Below are positions 59,729-64,000 of a DNA stretch of 64,000 bases, piece after piece; within the stretch, counting starts at the first letter, position 1; each line of letters opens with the position of its first letter. The stretch is from Patescibacteria group bacterium (GTDB lineage: Bacteria > Acidobacteriota > Polarisedimenticolia > JACPZX01 > DASXTC01): positions 389 to 64,388 of the forward strand of contig DASROJ010000117.1 of the NCBI GenBank assembly GCA_035646975.1. The letters are read 5' to 3'. Below the pieces are notes generated by a model. It saw nothing but the letters and a program-made list of their open reading frames with translations. It had not been told where the DNA came from and ran no database searches. Made by a program: the position numbers and the translations under genes.

Positions 59729-60059
59729 GGAACGCCGGTGAGCAGACCGAATAGCAGACGAGAGGCTCGCGGCCCGTGTTCTCGAGACGCCAGAGCGCGC
59801 CCTTCGGGACATGGATTGCATGTCCGGCGCCCACCTCCGAGGCCGCGCCATCGAGCCAGGCTTTTCCTTTGCCTGAAAGCACGATGACCGCTTCATCGAA
59901 TCCATTGCGTTCGTCCACGCCACCGCAGCCCGCCGGCAGCATCAGCCAGGCCACGCTCATGCCCGGCAGCCCGTCGGCGGCCCCGAACACCTCGCAGATC
60001 TTCCGCCCGGTCTTGTCGGTCACGGTTCGCTCGGGCATCAGCCGGTAAGCTGTCATCGC
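59694..60059 (-). CDS. cupin domain protein
   Basis: Translation GMSVAWLMLPAGCGG...GHAIHVPKGALWRLENTG. The 3' end runs into the 18-bp tandem repeat. The start could be as far upstream as 60146. Confidence 0.5.
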   Translation of the reverse strand, partial: AMTAYRLMPERTVTDKTGRKICEVFGAADGLPGMSVAWLMLPAGCGGVDERNGFDEAVIVLSGKGKAWLDGAASEVGAGHAIHVPKGALWRLENTGREPLVCYSVCSPAFRPELSQRPEPV

Positions 60060-60314
60060 GCTATTCCCCTTCTCACTCCAGTCTTCTTGATCGACTCCAC
60101 GCCGAGTGGCAATCACCTGCCGGAATTCCACGACATGATCCCACACGCGACACGAGGATGAAAGTGAGGTTCCCGAATCAGCGGCCGGTCGGCACTCACG
60201 GAATCCCCAGGCCCCGTGAATCGATCCCCGGACTGAAGTAATGCCGTGACTCCATCGGCCTGTTCGCCGTAGAATCGCACACCCTTTCGAAACACACTTT
60301 CAAAGGAGTCGAGA

Positions 60315-60947
60315 ATGACGAAATGCCGCTGGATGCTTTGCCGCCTCGTGTTGTGTGGAATTCTCGGATGCTGCGTCGCCGGCACGGCCATGGCGATTGC
60401 CGCTCCCGCCGAGACGAAGGCGAAGTCGGCAAAGGCCGCACCGGCCAAAATGACCGATGAACAGATGATGGCCGAGATGATGAAGCTGGGCACTCCGGGC
60501 CCGAACCACGAGATGCTCAAGAAGTTCGTCGGCTCCTGGAAGACCGTCACGAAGATGTGGATGGGCCCGGGCGAACCGCAATCCTCCGACGGCTCCGCGG
60601 AGTACTCGATGATCCTGGGAGGCCGCCTCCTCAAGGATGAGTACAAAGGCACCTTCATGGGCGGCCCTTTCGAGGGGTTCGGTCTGACCGGGTATGACAA
60701 CAAGAAGGGCAGGTTCATCACGGTCTGGGGCGACACCATGATGACCGGGCTGATCGAGGTGGACGGCACCTACAACGCCGCCACCAGGGAAATGACCTTC
60801 AAGGGGATGATGAACATGGTCGGCCCGCCCACTCCCTACCGGATGGTCACGAAGTTCGTCGACGACAACCACTTCGTGTTCAGCTGGTACGAGCGGCGCG
60901 AGGGCAAGGAAACAAAGACGATGGAGATCGACTACACCCGGCAGTAG
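60315..60947 (+). CDS. DUF1579-like secreted protein
   Basis: Cys-rich signal peptide. Translation KKFVGSWKTVTKMWMGPG...YKGTFMGGPFEGFGLTGYDNKKGRFITVW. Confidence 0.55.
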   Translation: MTKCRWMLCRLVLCGILGCCVAGTAMAIAAPAETKAKSAKAAPAKMTDEQMMAEMMKLGTPGPNHEMLKKFVGSWKTVTKMWMGPGEPQSSDGSAEYSMILGGRLLKDEYKGTFMGGPFEGFGLTGYDNKKGRFITVWGDTMMTGLIEVDGTYNAATREMTFKGMMNMVGPPTPYRMVTKFVDDNHFVFSWYERREGKETKTMEIDYTRQ

Positions 60948-60955
60948 GGGCATGC

Positions 60956-61765
60956 GTGCTGCTTGATCCGCGGCTCTATCTTGGGACCTCCTCCTGGTCG
61001 AGCAAGGACTGGGAGGGGGTTTTCTATCCCGAGGGCACTCCACCCGGCGAGTACCTCGCGTACTACGCGACGCGCCATCGCACCGTCGAGGTCGATGCGA
61101 CGTTCTACCGCGCCCCATCCGCCGCCATGACGAGGAAGTGGCGTGATGCGCTGCCCGAGGGTTTCGTTCTCGCAGCCAAGGTCCCCCGGACGATCACCCA
61201 TGACAAGACGCTCACCGGCTGCGAGGAGGAGATGGAGGAGTTCCTTTCGGCGATGGACAACCTGGGTGACCGGCTCGGCCCGATGTTGTTCCAGTTTCCC
61301 TACCACAACAAGGCGTCAGAAATCACCCGGAAGGTATTCACGACGCGTCTGCGGTCGTTTCTGCCAAAGCTGCCGAAGGACCACCGGTTCGCGATCGAAA
61401 TCCGCAACAAGGGATGGGTGGTCCCGGAGCTTCTCGATCTGCTGCGCGAGCACGAAGTCGCTTTCGCGCTGATCGATCATCCATGGATGCCGCGAGTGGA
61501 TCAGCTGATGGCCGACGTGGATCCGATCACGACCGGCTTCGCCTACGTGCGGTGGCTCGGAGACCGCAAGGGAATCGAGGAGCGCACGAAGAGCTGGGAC
61601 AAGGTGATCGTCGATCGCACTTCAGAGATGGAGAGATGGGTCCCGGCGATCCGCGAGCTGCTCAAACGCAACGTGACCGTCTACGGCTACTTCAACAACC
61701 ACTACGCGGGTCACGCACCGGACTCGATCGCACTGTTCGAAAAAGTGTGGCAGGACGCGATCTAG
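60956..61765 (+). CDS. DUF72 (YecE-like) protein
   Basis: Translation LYLGTSSWSSKDWEGVFYPEG...LGPMLFQFPYH...AIEIRNKGW. Confidence 0.75.
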   Translation: MLLDPRLYLGTSSWSSKDWEGVFYPEGTPPGEYLAYYATRHRTVEVDATFYRAPSAAMTRKWRDALPEGFVLAAKVPRTITHDKTLTGCEEEMEEFLSAMDNLGDRLGPMLFQFPYHNKASEITRKVFTTRLRSFLPKLPKDHRFAIEIRNKGWVVPELLDLLREHEVAFALIDHPWMPRVDQLMADVDPITTGFAYVRWLGDRKGIEERTKSWDKVIVDRTSEMERWVPAIRELLKRNVTVYGYFNNHYAGHAPDSIALFEKVWQDAI

Positions 61766-62688
61766 CAGGTTGATGCGTCCGAGGGAACCTGGATCGCCCC
61801 CTCGAGCACCGTCACGGCCCGTCCGGCGATCGTGATCGATCGGATCCGACCACCCTGATGGGCGACCTCCACCTCGATGCGTCCGGGTCGACCCACCTCA
61901 TCCCCCTGTTCGGCGACGTAGAGCAGTCGCCCGGCGTCTGGCCGCGTGGCCCGCTCCTCGAGCAGAGAATTGGCCAGCAGGTACGCGCCCACGGGCCCCT
62001 GGGCCGCACCGGTCACGGGGTCCTCGTCTATCCCGCACGCCGGCGCGAACATCCTGACATGCACCGCCGAACCTGCCTCCAGGGTCTCGGTCGTGATGAC
62101 GATGATCTCCCCCACCCCCTCCTGGGACTCCAGCGCGAGCAGAGCCTTGAAGTCCGGACGCATGCGACGCATCGCCTCAAGACCGGTCAGCGGCACCACG
62201 GCCCACTGCGCCGCCTTCATCACCGGCAGACGCGCGTGCAGATCGTCGGTCTCGAGTCCGAGCGGCTCGGCGATGCGGCAGGTGGCGATGTCCCATGGAA
62301 GAAGATCCGCCACCGGAAGTCCCAGCCGGACTCTTGGGCCCACGTCGTCCCGGTCGAGATCGAGCGCCAGCACACCGGAGAGACACTCGAGCCGGTAGGA
62401 ACCCGCGCCGACTCTTCCTGTCTCCATCGCGGCGTGGAAGCAGGCCACCGTTGCATGGCCGCAGAGGTCCACTTCGACCTTCGGCGTGAACCATCTCACC
62501 CGGAAATCGGCCCCGGGGCCCGACGGCGGGAGCAGATAGGCTGTCTCCGACACGTTCATCTCGCGGGCGATGATCTGCATCTGGCTGTCCGAGAGACCTG
62601 CGGCGTCCAGCACGACCCCGGCCGAATTGCCGGAGAACGGCCGCGTGGTGAAGGCGTCCACCTGCTTGACGACGATCGTGGGCGTCAC
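61762..62688 (-). CDS. PhzF family phenazine-biosynthesis-like isomerase
   Basis: GTG at 62688 checked. Translation VDAFTTRPFSGNSAGVVLDAAGLSDSQMQIIAREMNVSETAYL...DLCGHATVA. Confidence 0.75.
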   Translation of the reverse strand: MTPTIVVKQVDAFTTRPFSGNSAGVVLDAAGLSDSQMQIIAREMNVSETAYLLPPSGPGADFRVRWFTPKVEVDLCGHATVACFHAAMETGRVGAGSYRLECLSGVLALDLDRDDVGPRVRLGLPVADLLPWDIATCRIAEPLGLETDDLHARLPVMKAAQWAVVPLTGLEAMRRMRPDFKALLALESQEGVGEIIVITTETLEAGSAVHVRMFAPACGIDEDPVTGAAQGPVGAYLLANSLLEERATRPDAGRLLYVAEQGDEVGRPGRIEVEVAHQGGRIRSITIAGRAVTVLEGAIQVPSDASTC

Positions 62689-62939
62689 GGCCTGGCCCCC
62701 TGATCGTCGTCGGGCTCCTTGTGCCGGATGTGGAATTTCTTCTTCGTCCAGATCAGCAGCGACTTTGCCCATCGACTGTGCGGGCTCAGCATGGCGAGGC
62801 CCGCCAGGATCACGAGCACGCCCGGTCCCGGCGTGACCAGCATCACCAGACCGAGCAGCAGGAGCAGCGAGCCGATCGAGATGCTGGCAATCTTGAGGGC
62901 GAGCACGAGGGAAGGATGTCTTGGCGGCGGAGCCGTCAC
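62685..62939 (-). CDS. small two-TM membrane protein with a PGPG motif (PGPGW-like)
   Basis: Translation SISIGSLLLLLGLVMLVTPGPGVLVILAGLAMLS. Squeezed between dapF and the PhzF gene, overlapping both by 4 nt. Confidence 0.5.
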   Translation of the reverse strand: MTAPPPRHPSLVLALKIASISIGSLLLLLGLVMLVTPGPGVLVILAGLAMLSPHSRWAKSLLIWTKKKFHIRHKEPDDDQGARP

Positions 62940-63814
62940 AAGCTGAATCCCGCGAGCGCCTCGGCGTTGAGAACGCCGGTGTAGACGACACGCGCGTCGC
63001 CCGAAAGCTGCGCGGTGATCGCGCCGTCATCGCCCCGCTCAACGGTGACGATGTTGACGAAGCCCGCCCGCGAGCGGCACGACACCGGTGACACGGCGCG
63101 ACCCGAGGCGGAGGCCACAAGGACCGCGGAGATGCACCCGCTGCCGGAGGAAAGGGTCTCGCCCTCGACTCCCCGTTCGTAGCAGCGGATGTCGAGGGAG
63201 TGTTCGTCGCGCAGGGTGATGAAGTTCACGTTCGCCCCCTCCGGTCCGAGATCGGGATGGGCGCGCAGCCTGGGCGAAATCGAGAGGAACTCGCGGGCGC
63301 TCATGCCATGCGCGTCGCGCGTCTCGATGACAAGGTGCGGAACGCCGGGGTTGACGAGCGTGGCCTCGAAGGTGCGCGACACCTCGTCGAGCGACCCTTC
63401 CAGCATGAGCGTCATGGCCCGGGTCTCGAGGCGGCCGAGCTCGAGGCGGAACCAGGGCCTGTCGGCCTCCACGGCGGCGTCTAGGATTCCGATATCGGTC
63501 TCGATCGTCATGCCGTCGGAGGGGGCCAGCCGCTTGATCGCCAGGATGCGCGCGACGCACCGCACCCCGTTGCCGCAAAGCGCCGAGCGGCCGCCATCCG
63601 AGTTGTAGTGAATCATCTTCGCGTGAGGACCGGTGGCCGGCTCGATCAGGATGACCCCGTCGGCGCCGACCGAACGCGCGCGCGCACACACGCGGCGCAC
63701 GAACTCCGCGTCCGGCCGGACGATTTCATGCTCCGCGGCGGTGATGTTGTCGATGATGATGAAATCGTTGCCCCCGGCCGACATCTTCGTGAACTTGATG
63801 ACTGGTGCGCTCAC
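62936..63814 (-). CDS. dapF: diaminopimelate epimerase
   Basis: Translation IKFTKMSAGGNDFIIIDN...LCGNGVRCVARIL...SSGSGCISAVL (both catalytic Cys regions). GTG at 63814. Confidence 0.85.
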   Translation of the reverse strand: MSAPVIKFTKMSAGGNDFIIIDNITAAEHEIVRPDAEFVRRVCARARSVGADGVILIEPATGPHAKMIHYNSDGGRSALCGNGVRCVARILAIKRLAPSDGMTIETDIGILDAAVEADRPWFRLELGRLETRAMTLMLEGSLDEVSRTFEATLVNPGVPHLVIETRDAHGMSAREFLSISPRLRAHPDLGPEGANVNFITLRDEHSLDIRCYERGVEGETLSSGSGCISAVLVASASGRAVSPVSCRSRAGFVNIVTVERGDDGAITAQLSGDARVVYTGVLNAEALAGFSL

Positions 63815-64000
63815 TTGCCGGCCTCCGTCTGCTCGATCGCCGGGTCCGAGTAAAGGCTTTCATTGGGCGGCGAGGCGCCATCACGCGCCGTGACGACATA
63901 ACTGTATACGACTCCCGGCATCACATCCTCATCCGTGTAGCTGGTCGCGGTGAGATCATCGGGCGTCAGCATCCTCCATGGCTTGTCGGGCCCGTCGGCG
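63811..64000 (-). CDS. C-terminal fragment of a protein ending in a fibronectin-III-like strand pattern (5' end lies outside the window)
   Basis: Hand translation of the minus strand gives ...PGVVYSYVVTARDGASPPNESLYSDPAIEQTEAGK*. TGA at 63811-63813 overlaps the dapF start. Confidence 0.3.
   Translation of the reverse strand, partial: ADGPDKPWRMLTPDDLTATSYTDEDVMPGVVYSYVVTARDGASPPNESLYSDPAIEQTEAGK

Overview
High-GC chromosomal segment from a diderm (Gram-negative-type) bacterium. My guess is Acidobacteriota or Myxococcota-like, but that rests only on gene content and cannot be confirmed without a database search. It is almost entirely protein-coding (about 60 CDS). I found no rRNA, tRNA, CRISPR array, transposase or integrase by eye.

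The core content is housekeeping and envelope genes in conserved order:
- infB(3' end)-DUF503-rbfA-truB-rpsO-pnp on the + strand.
- An almost uninterrupted minus-strand block from about 31.3 kb down to 12 kb: GGDEF-PilZ, tsaB, rimI, DUF465, psd-pssA-asd, lolE-lolD, clpC, bamA-skp-lpxD-fabZ-lpxA, then a translationally coupled Gfo/Idh/MocA oxidoreductase, a serine hydrolase and a TonB-family protein.
- Further on, lpxC-DUF4390-ntrY-ntrX, followed on the same strand by a three-gene TPR cluster.

Accessory-looking islands:
- An ECF sigma / zf-HC2 anti-sigma pair directly upstream of the prkA(yeaG)-yeaH(DUF444)-spoVR trio.
- A GCS2-type glutamate-cysteine ligase paired with a cysteine-dioxygenase-type cupin.
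- A zinc-ribbon membrane protein divergent from a beta-helix lipoprotein plus a SurA-like PPIase.
- A giant (1247 aa) TPR protein cluster.
- A PhzF / PGPGW / dapF cluster.

Non-coding signals seen directly: two short tandem-repeat arrays (15 bp x4 and 18 bp x3.6), two good palindromes in promoter regions, an ECF-type promoter candidate, and an AT-rich pnp leader.

I see no obvious defence or mobile system. The most unusual items are the lpxA-coupled oxidoreductase/hydrolase pair, the ligase+dioxygenase pair, the ECF-prkA module and the TPR cluster downstream of ntrYX. All functional assignments come from motif recognition in the ORF translations. Start codons were checked against the sequence where stated.
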